Shown one piece after another: positions 48,071-60,100 of a stretch of 64,000 bases of DNA (positions within the stretch are counted from its first letter, which is position 1; every line of letters starts with the position of its first letter). Made by a program: the position numbers and the translations under genes. The notes beneath the pieces were generated by a model that saw only the letters and a list, made by a program, of their open reading frames with translations, did no database searches and was not told the DNA's origin. Origin of the DNA: Salisapilia sapeloensis CBS 127946 (taxonomy: Eukaryota; Protista; Oomycota); the NCBI GenBank assembly GCA_023334545.1, contig JAADVB010000086.1, positions 1 to 64,000 on the forward strand. The letters run 5' to 3'.

Positions 48071-50179
48071 CGACAGCCTTTGTAATAGGACTTGGTACTG
48101 CGTCGAATGAATCTTAGGCTAGAAAAGCCCAAATCAAAAATGAGACTGCCCATAAATAAGAACCGGCAGAGGGAGAGAAAACCGATTTAGTAGATATTTC
48201 CATAAAGTAGAACAATCCAACGAAAGGAGCCTATTTGGATTAGTTGAGTCTTTAAAACACAGCATGAAGTACTTTAAAGGGCCAACTGTGTTCAGATGAT
48301 ATTTTTTCGCCGCTATCGTGTTTAGTATCGTATTTAGCTCAATAGATAGCGAGGTTATATCCATTTATAAGTATCGATTGATGATTACTATACCCGAAGT
48401 GTATCCTTCCACGATATAACTTCGCTAAATTCTTCTGCATTTAGCCCACCCTTTCGATTGACATGCCAAAGTCCCCGCAAGGCTAACCATTGCACGTTGC
48501 CTGTACTCCTATACGATCAAGCTTGCTATTCTACAAAGTACTTTCTAAGAATTTTTTTATACTTTTTTACAAGCCTTTTAGATGAAATTTATTTTCTCCC
48601 AAACTTATGCTTTTAATATGTTTAGCGAACGTTCATGAAATTGTAAGGTGGCTTTAAACGAGGATATTAAGAAATGAAGCCTATCTTCAATTCCATGTTT
48701 TCAGTTTGGGTATTAAAAGTAATCTCTACTTCACCAGGCTAAAAGTATATTTTTCCATCATTCGTTCAGTTACAAAACGACGACGTGATCCCAAATTGCG
48801 AGCTAGCTCAAGGACTGATGAGATTGGAGCACACAAGAAGATGGAAGCTGCGTCTACTTAGACATGTTCAGACCAATATGATGAATTGTTTAAAATGACT
48901 CCAGCTTGTCGATATACGCAAGAGCAGAATAGCATGGCTTCCTGAATGTATCATACCAACAGCATACATTTCATTCGTCTCCTGAGGTTTTAGTCAAACA
49001 GGAGTAGCTCATACGCACGACTTGAGCTAGTAACTTGACAGTATTTAATGTAAATTAAGAATGTGATCGAATGTGTACGCTAGAGACTTACGGATAACGT
49101 GCTTAGATCATAAACGAGTATCTTGGGTCGAATCGTACATGAGGAGCTCTTGCTACATCTAAAGTCGTGAAAGTCATCACAAATAGTTCCAGCAAATGCA
49201 TTGAGTATTTTCTGAGAAGAAGCTACGTCTATAGCGTACCCACGAAAGTCAATATGACTTCCGAGTTTAAGTCAATTGACATCCTTCTGCACTTTATACC
49301 CACTTCGTGCTGCTGAGTATCTGTCAAAAGCGATAAAGTGCATTTGAAAGGTACAAGGAATCCAAGTTTCTACTTCATTCAAACATTAAAAGGAACTTCA
49401 AATAATACTTTGTTTACGATGTGAATAGTTCCATGAGGAGCTACCATTACGTACATGACTGCCACCTACTTATCTATCATCATCTACATAAGAGTGGATA
49501 ACATCTTTCTTAAAAGCAAGATTCAAAGTGAAGTTCGTTTAATTTATCTTTGATGAATTGCTCATGCTAATCTGCCAAGACCTACCCAGGCTACCAAGGA
49601 CACGCTCTTAATCCTACTTTGTCTTACAAAAAGGTGAATCGTATGATCATCCAGCAGCTTTATCGGTGTGTACTTTCTTAAGGCAAACGAGCTAGTTCAA
49701 TTGACCCCCGATGAAGGCTGCAATAGCAACGTCAGTCTAGACATAGTGGGTAGAGATGTAGTTGCACTATTTTGCTTTCAACAATAAAAGCGTCTGGGTG
49801 TTTACGAAGAATCTAAAAGTCGACTGAGATCGTTCAGTTCTATATTGATGTCAGTACTCACTTGCCTGGCTGCTTCTTCAAAGAAGTTAGATCCAGTTCT
49901 ATTTGCAATTTTAAAAGTCTATCAAAATGGTAATAAACTTACGCAGCATCTAAAATCACCTTTCGCGCTAACAGATTTATCTACACAATAAATTGAATAT
50001 AGGCGGTATACATGTAAGTAGGAGTGGTAAAGATCTTATGACTCACAAATAACTAGCTTCAGAACATTGACTAAAATTCCAGCGAAATTTCGCGTTATAG
50101 TAATTTTTGCCATTTAATGAATGACTGATGCATATTCCGCTTTACATCTTAAGAATTAATATTACTCCGCAATAATGTG

Positions 50180-51500
50180 CACTAGCCAGAGCTATATCAG
50201 TGGAAGATAACACTTCAAATTCGCTCTCGATTGAGTCGGTATCATCTCGTTATTAAATACTGCTAAATACATATTCACCAAGGTCCGAATACAAAGCATC
50301 TAACAAGGGCTGATATAAATATGAATGAGCCTCTCATAATATACGACGAGGATAGTCGCCGAATGCACAAGTCGAAGCACAAAAGAAATGAACTAAAACG
50401 TATACGATACTGCATTCATAACATAGGCTATAGCTTGCAAAAAGGATCATATATCTAGTCCGAAATACGGAAACTAACTGATGATACTTTATATATGCTC
50501 TAGCAGGATAGTAAATAATGATAACTTGGACGTACAGTCGTCTTCCAATCGCTGCTGGAGCAGTTTTGCAAAAGTCTAGCATAAAATATAGGTAACGGTA
50601 CCATATGCGTAAGATGGCCCGCTCAATCTGTTGGCTACTACCACAGGCCTGCTCTGTCTGAGCACATAAAAGTAGTTCGGTCAATTTAAAAAAGATGACA
50701 TAAACGTTAAAAACTGAAAAGAAGAGGATAACGACGATGTATCATTGGATTTTAACCGATCATGTCAAAGCATGATCTTGTTCCTAATACGCCTGTTGAA
50801 AGAACACGGACAATGCCGCATATATCTGCCCATTAGCACGTTACGAACTACTAGATCATTGCCAGTATATCATACAGTATGTTTGCTTTGAATTGAATTA
50901 AATTTATGCGTTTAGTCAGCTATCTACGTATAATGTAGCGCTTGGCAGCAACATTGCATCAGGACCAATTTTGAATAAACAGACACGTTTTAATAGCTCA
51001 TGACATCATATATACTGAGATTGGTTATCAAGATCGATTAGGCTCATTGGACTAACTTGGCATGTCCATCTTTACTGACTTAAATGGTGTAACGGAGTAA
51101 AAGCGCTAGCAATTTGTCTTAGAAATGTTGAATAGCCCCACGGACGTAGACTACGTAGCTGCAACTTGTGAGATTTTAAATCTGAAACCAACGGCCTATC
51201 ACATCGCAGCTTATCTGTGTCATACTACTTTAGCAAAGTGAATGAGAATAAACACTGAGAGTGGACTTTGTTTCAAATAAGTTTCCCTCCAGTCGGGGAA
51301 GGCCTTGCGTAGAGTTGCGATCAAGTCACGGATTGCCGTGGGACCCACAGCAATAACATTGACTAATGTCTTGTGACATTCATCGTTGCACAACATTAAG
51401 CTATATACGCGGAGCAGTCGTGCGAGCTTAAACACAAAAGCTTTTCAACAGCAAAAGAATCGCAGAACCGATGGTAACATCAATCTGTTGTTGCTAATCC
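50180..51500 (-). pseudogene. Degenerate hydrophobic coding region (copy D), apparently interrupted by or adjoining repeat copy 2
   Basis: AIRDLIATLRKAFPDWRETY (~51320) vs ACDLLATLSCSPFHWDEY (copy C); ISNNRL vs SDNNRI (copy A); NLKCYL (~50210) vs TLKCYV/ILKCYL. Confidence 0.45.
50525..50893 (+). repeat. ~370-bp direct repeat, copy 2
   Basis: Near-identical to 44163-44531, same orientation, ~6.36 kb apart. Confidence 0.95.
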
Positions 51501-53013
51501 TTTGGAAGGGAAGTTGATCAGGGAGGAGCATGATGTGCAAAATATCAAGGTTATCATACAGCGTTTAACGCTCTATTTGAACTTGCTACATACAAATCGA
51601 TGTGAAACTTCTTTAAGACATCATACTAGTTTCTTAGTAGCAACTAGAACAGACAATCCTGTGTTCTACCATTGAGGCGGATTATTGGATCAATACATAC
51701 TCTTTTTCGCTATTAAATAGGTTTTTAAATCAAGAGTACAAGTCCAACCATCACCACTATTCTAATAAAGTTTCTCTCCAGCACCAAGCATCCGGAATGC
51801 ACAACGCAATATTTGTTCACCAAATTGTTTACCGGTTAACATTCATTCTACTCACTATTCATTCCAGCTGACCTTATTTTGATGCAGAATATTATATCCA
51901 GCGTTCAACTACTCTTAAATTTCCTTTATTCTAACAATCATTGCGGTATATCCTCGTTTCTAGCTATTTTGTAGTCCATAACTAGCATTGGCCTATTGGA
52001 GCAGCAAACTTCAGCAAGTGCCGTTTCGTGATCACTTCTCGGGCATGATTCCTTTTATTGATCTCTACCTCGAATATCATTTATTTTTCGCAGATCAAGC
52101 ATGTCATGAGCCTCCACATAAGCAGTAAAAACTGTTAGGAAGATATTGTATACATGTACGAAAGATTACTTTCCTTTTGAAATTCGAGTGGCTCTTACTT
52201 TTGAGCAATTCAGGATATCTAAACAATTGAAAATGCAGATCCTATGCCATTTTCGATTCTTATACTTGTAGTACTTTACCATGCCGCTTGGATGCATCGG
52301 CAAGCATTTTTGTGTTTGGCAACGCATATAAAAGTGTAAGATAGCAATGTAAATTAGAGGTGATGGCCATGCGGAATCCCAATAAGACAAACATGGATGA
52401 AATACATGTACGATGGGTCTAAGAATGTCATCAGAATGTTCACGAAACGGATTTAGATGTACAATATGCTAATTTCCCTGTGTCGTGACAACGATAGACG
52501 AAGGCACGCGTAGAAAGATATACATAGTTCATGGAATCGCTAAATTAGACCCATTGTACATTGATATTATCTAAATAGCCGCAGAATTCTGCTACGGAGT
52601 TGACTGTACCAGCATTGCTTTATCATTAGCACATTGGATCATATCAAAATGAACTCCAAAGTTACCACACCTCTCTGTTACGTACTAGTTCAAACTTTAA
52701 ATAAATTTTCTACATGGCATTAAGATCGCAATCACGTAAAAAGAGAAAAAAGAAGCAGTTTCGTAGCTGCGGGACGATTTGGATCTATGGAACAAATCTA
52801 AATAAGAAGAATCTCGGCGATAACTAGTCTTGTTGTGCTCTTGTGCGGTCGCGGCGACGCTTTATAAGCACTAGCTGCGACATTCCTGATCTTGTGCGCA
52901 TGTCGATTTCTCTTCTACGAAATATGACGCCACTGTCTTATTATTCCGGCTAGCAAAGGGTTGATCTGTGATGTTTCCATTCCGCTTACTTCTCCCGCGA
53001 GACAACACTGATC

Positions 53014-54051
53014 ATGAAATTCAGTCTGCTGTTCCTAGCCAGCTTTCTCATCGCTAGTGTGGCATCCTCCAAAGTGTCATGCGATATGGATCCACTACCA
53101 AGCAAGACACCATCGGTAGCATATCAAACCTCTCGCCCGTTTGAGGTCAACATGGAGATTTTGGATACAGTCCCCGAAGCATCAGGGCTAGGAACGTTAT
53201 CTAGCGACAGCTCGAGTAGCTCTATGGCAGAGACACCGTTCGAAAGTCCAATTGCCATGCCAATGGAAACCAATACGACCACTAACGAAACTGCTCGTGC
53301 CATAATGCCTGAAGATACCTCAATGGAGGCATCCGAAGACGACTATGACATACAGCCTTTGATCATGGGAGGGAACAAGGTACCAACCGGAAGTGCAACC
53401 TTCGTTGCTGGTCTTCGACATACCGCCGACGGAGAAAGTTTCTGCGGCGGATCTCTCATCACATCCACGGTAGTGCTAACTGCAGCTCACTGCACTCTAT
53501 CTGGTGTCGAATACGTCTCGATTGGATCACGTGACCGTGCCGGTTCAGATTCCGCTGCTGACATTGTCCAGGTGACATCAGTAGTCAGTCATCCGGACTA
53601 CAATGCGGAAACCCAGTCAAGTGACATGGCGCTACTCTTCCTCGAACGCCCTTCGACCAAATACCTCCCAACAGCGTTAAGCTCCACACCTCCGTCGACA
53701 GGCCAAACAGCCACTGTTCATGGATGGGGAACAACGTCAGTGAACGGCCCTGTCTCGAAAGCATTGCAAAAGGTCGGTGTCCCCGTGATCAGCCACGGAG
53801 TATGCAAGCAGATGCTGGGAGACATTGACAAGTCCATGCTATGTGCTGGTGCTCAAGGCGGTATGGATTCCTGTCAAGGAGACTCTGGTGGACCTCTGAC
53901 GATCATTAAAGACGGGTACTACGCTCAGATCGGATGTGTCTCATGGGGTGTCGGGTGTGGCGAAGAAGGTATGCCAGGTATCTATGCTGACGTCCGCTCT
54001 CTTCGTAGCTTCATCGATGAACAGACAGGATACACTGCTGTGTGGCGTTAG
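53014..54051 (+). CDS. Secreted trypsin-like serine protease with intact catalytic triad
   Basis: Signal peptide, Ser/Thr/Glu-rich pro-region, IMGG mature start, TAAHC, DMALL, DSCQGDSGGP. Confidence 0.95.
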   Translation: MKFSLLFLASFLIASVASSKVSCDMDPLPSKTPSVAYQTSRPFEVNMEILDTVPEASGLGTLSSDSSSSSMAETPFESPIAMPMETNTTTNETARAIMPEDTSMEASEDDYDIQPLIMGGNKVPTGSATFVAGLRHTADGESFCGGSLITSTVVLTAAHCTLSGVEYVSIGSRDRAGSDSAADIVQVTSVVSHPDYNAETQSSDMALLFLERPSTKYLPTALSSTPPSTGQTATVHGWGTTSVNGPVSKALQKVGVPVISHGVCKQMLGDIDKSMLCAGAQGGMDSCQGDSGGPLTIIKDGYYAQIGCVSWGVGCGEEGMPGIYADVRSLRSFIDEQTGYTAVWR

Positions 54052-54129
54052 CGAAGACATGTACTTTGTTTTTTGTTTCCATTGTTTTTTACGAATGAAG
54101 AATGAAATGCATACTCGTCCATCTCTTCT

Positions 54130-57100
54130 CTACTCGAATTTGCATGATACGACGACAGTGCCGACGCGAGATGCATCGTCCGTCGCACCGACTGCTGAGG
54201 CTGATAAGACTTGGACTTTTGCAGACACGTATCCGACAACTTTGCCACTACCATCCTCCTTCTCCTTGAGCGGGATCTGTTCTGTACGTTCAGAAGCCTC
54301 TTCGTTTTCCTTTGGCAGACGCAGAGGTGGGGAAGCAAAGCCGAGCTTGACATCCTTCCACGTCCCGTCGTCCTTGAGCGTCAGATCAATGTACGGATCC
54401 TTCTCGGCGTCCTTATAGTCCTTCGCTTTGAGAGCAAAGGTGAACGCGTCGTTCCAAACGACCGAATTCTCTCGTCCCTTCTTCGTTCCACTCATGCGTA
54501 GTTTGGACGTCTTGGTCTCACTCGAGTGTCGACCGACCTTGACAGTCATGTACGGACGTGTCTTATTCAACTTTCCTTCCTGTCCTTGATTCTCAACGTT
54601 CGGGAGTTCAAGATTCGAGATGTGTAAGATCGTGACGATGACTTGGTAGTCTCCCGTCCGCTTGGGCTTATCAGAAGTCAAGAGCGTGTACTCTTTCTCC
54701 GCGACAGCTCGACTGACGTTTTGCTTAAGGTCTTTCGGTTTCTCACCTGTCTTGACCCATGCATCCAAGTCCGAAGAGTACTCTGGTTCACTAAAGTCTT
54801 TCTGGAGCTGTTTCATGGGAATGGTAACCTTGCCAAACTTCCGAGCGATCGTTCCACCGTACGAATCTTTCACGATGAACGAAGCAGTTTGCTCGGATCC
54901 CTTTAGAGCATACTGTGTACGTTCTTGCCAGTCCGGGTTGAGAGTGTTGTAGAGGATCTTGGTGGCTAAGATCTCTTTGTCGTCGATGCGGACGACGCAG
55001 AAGGGGTCACAGGAGTTGCCTGCGAGAAGACCCTTGGCGCCAACGATCTGCAGGTCCAGTTTCTTCGGCTCATAGTGCTCATCGTCAAAGTCGTCGATGA
55101 CCTTGCCGTCGTCCACGAGTTTCGTCGATCGACGTCGACCACCGAAGGGAGATCGGTCGACCATCGTCGACTGGACACCCATGGCGAGACCATGCGACGT
55201 GGACGTCACTTGCTTGAGGATGACGACGCCAGGTCCAGTAACACCTTTAACAACACCCGAGACGAGTCCTCCGACACCTCCCTTCATGGCGCCTTCCACT
55301 GGTTTCGTCACGATCCCCGTGATACCCTTGCCAAAGTTCTTGGCAAAGTTCAATCCGCCATCTAAAGCAGCAAAGCCAGTCCCTGACGAGCTTTCTTCTT
55401 GCTGATACGCTTCCTCTTCTTCTTCCTCTTCACTATCCGACAGATTCGATACGAAACGATCGAGCGACCCAGTGATCTTCTCTACCGTCGAGATACCCGA
55501 CCTAGCAAATGTCTGTCCAAGCATCTTGACACCTTCTCCTCTCGTGTCAGCTTGTCCCGTCACTTCGTTCTTAGTGATCTTGAGGAACTCGACGACGCCA
55601 GAGCCAAGGTCTTCTACTAATCCGACGGGATTACCGATGATATCTGCACTACCGACAACGCGGTAGGCTTGCCAGACTGCTTGTCGGACGTAGTTCTGGA
55701 CGAGTTGGTTCTGCAGGCGTTCCATAGTGGAGAAGCAGCGGACGATGAGGATTTCACTGAATTTGAAATTCGGAGAACCGCTCATGTTGGAGCCGATGAG
55801 ACCGACGATCTGTCCGAGGAAACCCATGATGATCGATCGACCGTTGCCTGTTGTCGTTTGGACGATACCTCGCCTCGAGATCTCGTACTGCAGACTGAAG
55901 CTCATGGCATGGATCCTAAACGCGTCAAAGTAGACGAGATGGTGTTCGAGCGAGCCGTCCGAAGTGACTTGAATCGCAGGAACGGGAGGAAGAGGCTCAT
56001 GCAGCGTCTTGTCAAGTGTAGCCATGGATGCGCGGTAGACAGTCGTGTCACTTACGAGGTACGGATCCACAAGTTTTACGAGCTTTAGGAGGTAGTCGAT
56101 GTCTAACTTGACTGCCAACGCGCCGAGTTGGAGGTCCATGAGCTTGTAGACACCGACCTTGGCCGAGACGTCTGCGTCCAGAGCGAATTGGAGAACTGGT
56201 GTGGGTGTCTTATTGCGTCTGTCACTGAAGCCAGACTTGACGGGGTTGACGATGACAGGGAACTTGGCCGAGTGGAGCATGTTGTCAAGTTGGAAGTGGA
56301 GGATGGAGAAGGACCAGGTTAGTGTCGATGGTTTCTTTTCCACCTCGATGACGTCGCAAGAGGCGAACAGGACTTCCTGCGGCAGACCATCAAAGAGCGA
56401 GAGGCCAAAGCCAGCGATACGGACGTCAATGGAGGATGCGAAGAGCACTTTACGTTGCTGGAACTCGTCCAATTCACTCGAATTCTGGTCTTCCAGTCGC
56501 TGCATCTCTTGTGCAGTCTCGACAAACGTCAGTACGCGTGTACCTCCATCGACAGCTACTTGGACGGAGATCTCGACCTTGTCCATGGCAGAAGAGTTGT
56601 GTTCATCCTGTACACCAGGACGTTTGATCTTCATCTCCATCGGATCATGATAGCCGACGTCATCTAGTTCCACTTGCTGCTTAACAGTCTCTCCTCCCGG
56701 ATGCGTCAGATGTACTTCGACGTTATGTTCCTTCGCAAGCGGATTGTACCATGCAAACGAGTGCCATCCACCCGCTTCCACAGTCGACGAGTCTTCTCGT
56801 TTCGCACCACTGAGGAAAGAAGAGTCTCCTAGCTGTGCACACTCGACTGTGAACGGTGTAAAGTTCTCGATACGATATGGAGGAGCCACAGAGACGTCTG
56901 TGAGTGTCACGTACACTTGCATATCAATGACTTGGACACTCGCTTGGCAGATCAGATATCGTTGTCGTGCCGACGAGTACATTTGGATATGCATATCTCC
57001 AGCAGATCCGACAGGTATACAGAACGACCATTCTTTATCCGAACGATCTCCCCAACTATCGGAGAACGAAACAGACATGTACTTACTACATGTTGCCATA

Positions 57101-60100
57101 TCCACGTTCTTCTCCAACGGACGGAAAGCATACAACGGAGTGGTTTCTTGATCTTCTAGACTTGACATAGCGACAGTAGCTTCTTCCGACTTGCGAGCAT
57201 GGAAGTGCTTGTCAACTTTCTCCACGTCCGTCTCGTGACTACTGACTGCTTGTACCCATACTTTTTGCTTGAGCCTGTTTTGAAGTACGTAGCGAGGTCC
57301 GAATGTGAGTGCGATGCTGCGTTCAAACGTACCGTAGAGTCCTTCGACCTTGACAGCCAGGACGTTCGACCCACTGTACGCTTCTCCTACCGTATTGATC
57401 GTCGTCGTGTTCATCGGGTCGGTCCATCCTGCATCTGCAAGAGACGTTTCGAGTGCAGAAGACGAGAAAGCAGCGTCCGAGACCTTTCCAAGAGATCGCC
57501 ACGAGTCTGGCTTGGATCCACGCACGCCGACAGGCTTGACGCTGACTCGATCGTGCTCTAACGACGCTAGAATCGGCTGCTGGAAGGACTTGGCACGTTC
57601 CATTTCTTTAAAGTCACGTTTCTTATCGGATGGAGAAGTAGATGCACATCCGAGATCAAACGACGTGTCGTTGATGATCCAGTACGGACTCGAGAGACGG
57701 AGGAGTCGAGGCAGACCTAGCAACGACAGGCGGTCGGCGTTAAAGGCGATACCAGATCCTAAGTCCACACGCTCTGGTTTATTTGTGGTGAAGTGCTCTG
57801 ACTCGACGTGGACGGCCATGAGCATCGGATTGCACCAGTCCGAGTAGAATGTTTGCCGAGACTTGGATGAACCTTCGTGTTTGCTCACAAGACGCACAGA
57901 GATGTAGCCGGGACTAAAGGTGGAGACACCAGCGACTTCTCCGTCTCGACCAGACGATACGATGCCACACATGATGTCTGTATCTTCCTCAAGAGTGTCT
58001 GCATGCAGTAGTTTCTTGAGTCTTGTGAACTCTTCTCGAGGATTTGTCGATCCACTAGCCTTGTACTCGACAAAGCGGTACTCGAGGTCGTACGGGAGAG
58101 CATTACGGACGACGAATGGAGGCAAGAGCGATGTCTCGAACTCGATGTGGGAACGTAGATGCCATCGACGGAGACGGAGGTTGGGCGTCAGCATCTGCAC
58201 CAAGTGTGTCGACGTGTCTTCGTTCTCAGCATAGACGATCCTTCCGCCACGTTTTGACTTGACCTTTTCCTGTCGTTCCTTCTCGAACTGGTCGAGCCCT
58301 TGCACAGCTTCAAGAGACGTCATGTTGTCGCCATCTAAAGAGCCATGGACGATCCACTGGTCGGAATGCAGAGGTCGCGCGTAGATCTCGGTGATACCCA
58401 TGGCTGCTGTCGCTGGTAGAGACATGCGTTGATTCGATAGGAGCGACACTTTGTCCGAGGTGTAGGCCTGTCGACCTTCCCCGCCTTGGATGAGATACTT
58501 GACTTCATACGCTTCGCTCGTGTGGTTGCACAAGGTGAGGCCGGACTCGAGGACGAGACGTTGCTCTTGTGATTTATCCAAGTACGCCGCGACACTTAGT
58601 AGCAGCGTCTCTGGCTTAGATCCCTTCGTCTGCACACGCACATTGACGCGTCCAAACTCTGGGAGATCCACTTTTCCCTGCGTCTCTCCCCACGACTCGA
58701 CTGCGAGGTACTTCAGACTCGCTTTACCTGCAACGATCGCACTTTGCCCGGTGTATGCAACATCATCTGCGTCAATTTCGACCTTTTCCGAGCCTTCGTT
58801 TAGTTGGAGCGTCACTTTGCATCCTGTGCGGTTTTCAATCGCACACGTCGCGTCCCGTTTCTCTTGTGCCGAGAGAGCTCGTTGCACTGCTTCTTCATGC
58901 TTTTGCACCGACGCATGCTCTGCTTCTCCATCTAGGACGTCCATGAGAGCACGATAGAGCTTGAGTAAACTTGGCGTCACGTTGATCTGGAAGCGTTTGG
59001 CAGCTTCCATGAGCACGGCCACGCCGTTCTCGCCTTTACCAGACGACAGCGCAGCAACGAGTTCCCATGGTTCAATCACGTCTTCCATGCAGTCACCAAC
59101 GTCACTGTAGCAAGACGCGATGAGTTGCATGCCAAAGAGCATCGTCCATTCCGATTCACTCGACGTCAAGACACCAGTCCAGTCCATTGGTTTATGAGCA
59201 TCTATGTCACCAGCCCAGAGGTTGATGGAGAATTTGATGTCTTGGATAGCAAAGTCACCACGATGGAATTTATCCGGAAGCTCAGGGTCCATGAGCAAGA
59301 CGTGGACCGTACCAAAGTTGCATTTCGTAATGAACTCGAGCTTCTTCTTGGGTGCGTCACAGTTGTCTCGACTCTGCTGCATCAAGTGCTCCGACTCAGT
59401 GAGTGCGTTTGCAAAGATACTTTCGCGTTTCTTCTTCGCGACGAGACGAGCAGCACTCTGGTACTCGGATACACCTCCACAACGTGTACTGGCTTGTAGC
59501 ATCCACTGGTGTATGTCACTTTGTCGCTGACGACTGTCGAGATTCGGGATCACGAGCTTTTCGTAGACACTGCGTGCTGCTTCCCAATTCTTGAGTAGTC
59601 GCACGAGCTTCTTCTGCAGATCTAATGGACTCTGAGCACCCAGTTCATGTCGTTTCGCTCCTGTTTCTTTCGTGTAGAGCTGCCAGAACTTTTCCTGCAC
59701 GTCTTCTTGCTCCAAGTACTTTTCAAAGTCTTCGTTGCTGGAGAGATTAGCGCCGCAGAGATCATCAATGACGTCTTCAAAGCGGTATTCCCCAGCACGT
59801 AAATCGAGTTTTCCATCTAAATGACCACTACCATCAAATTCACCCACAGCACGAGATGCTTCTTGCGTCGACACGTCTGTCCTTAGGAATGCACAGAGCT
59901 CATCGAACTCAATGTTGCCGTTGCCGTCGGTATCGATTTCATTAAAGAGCATCTTGACAAAGTAGTGCATCTCGGATTCCAACAGACTCTCACCAATGTT
60001 GACACTGCGTAGCAACGGGAGCAATTCGTCTGGTTCGATATGTCCGTTGCCGTCCTTGTCGATGTCATTAAACAGCTGACGGAGACGGTCGAGAATGATC

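Noticed and set aside
52300-52650. Possible further relic LRR exons upstream of hydrophobic copy D (e.g. SVAEFCGYLDNIN, YLSTRAF...KLAY)
   Set aside because: Splice sites and phases do not fit without several assumed mutations; too degraded to call.
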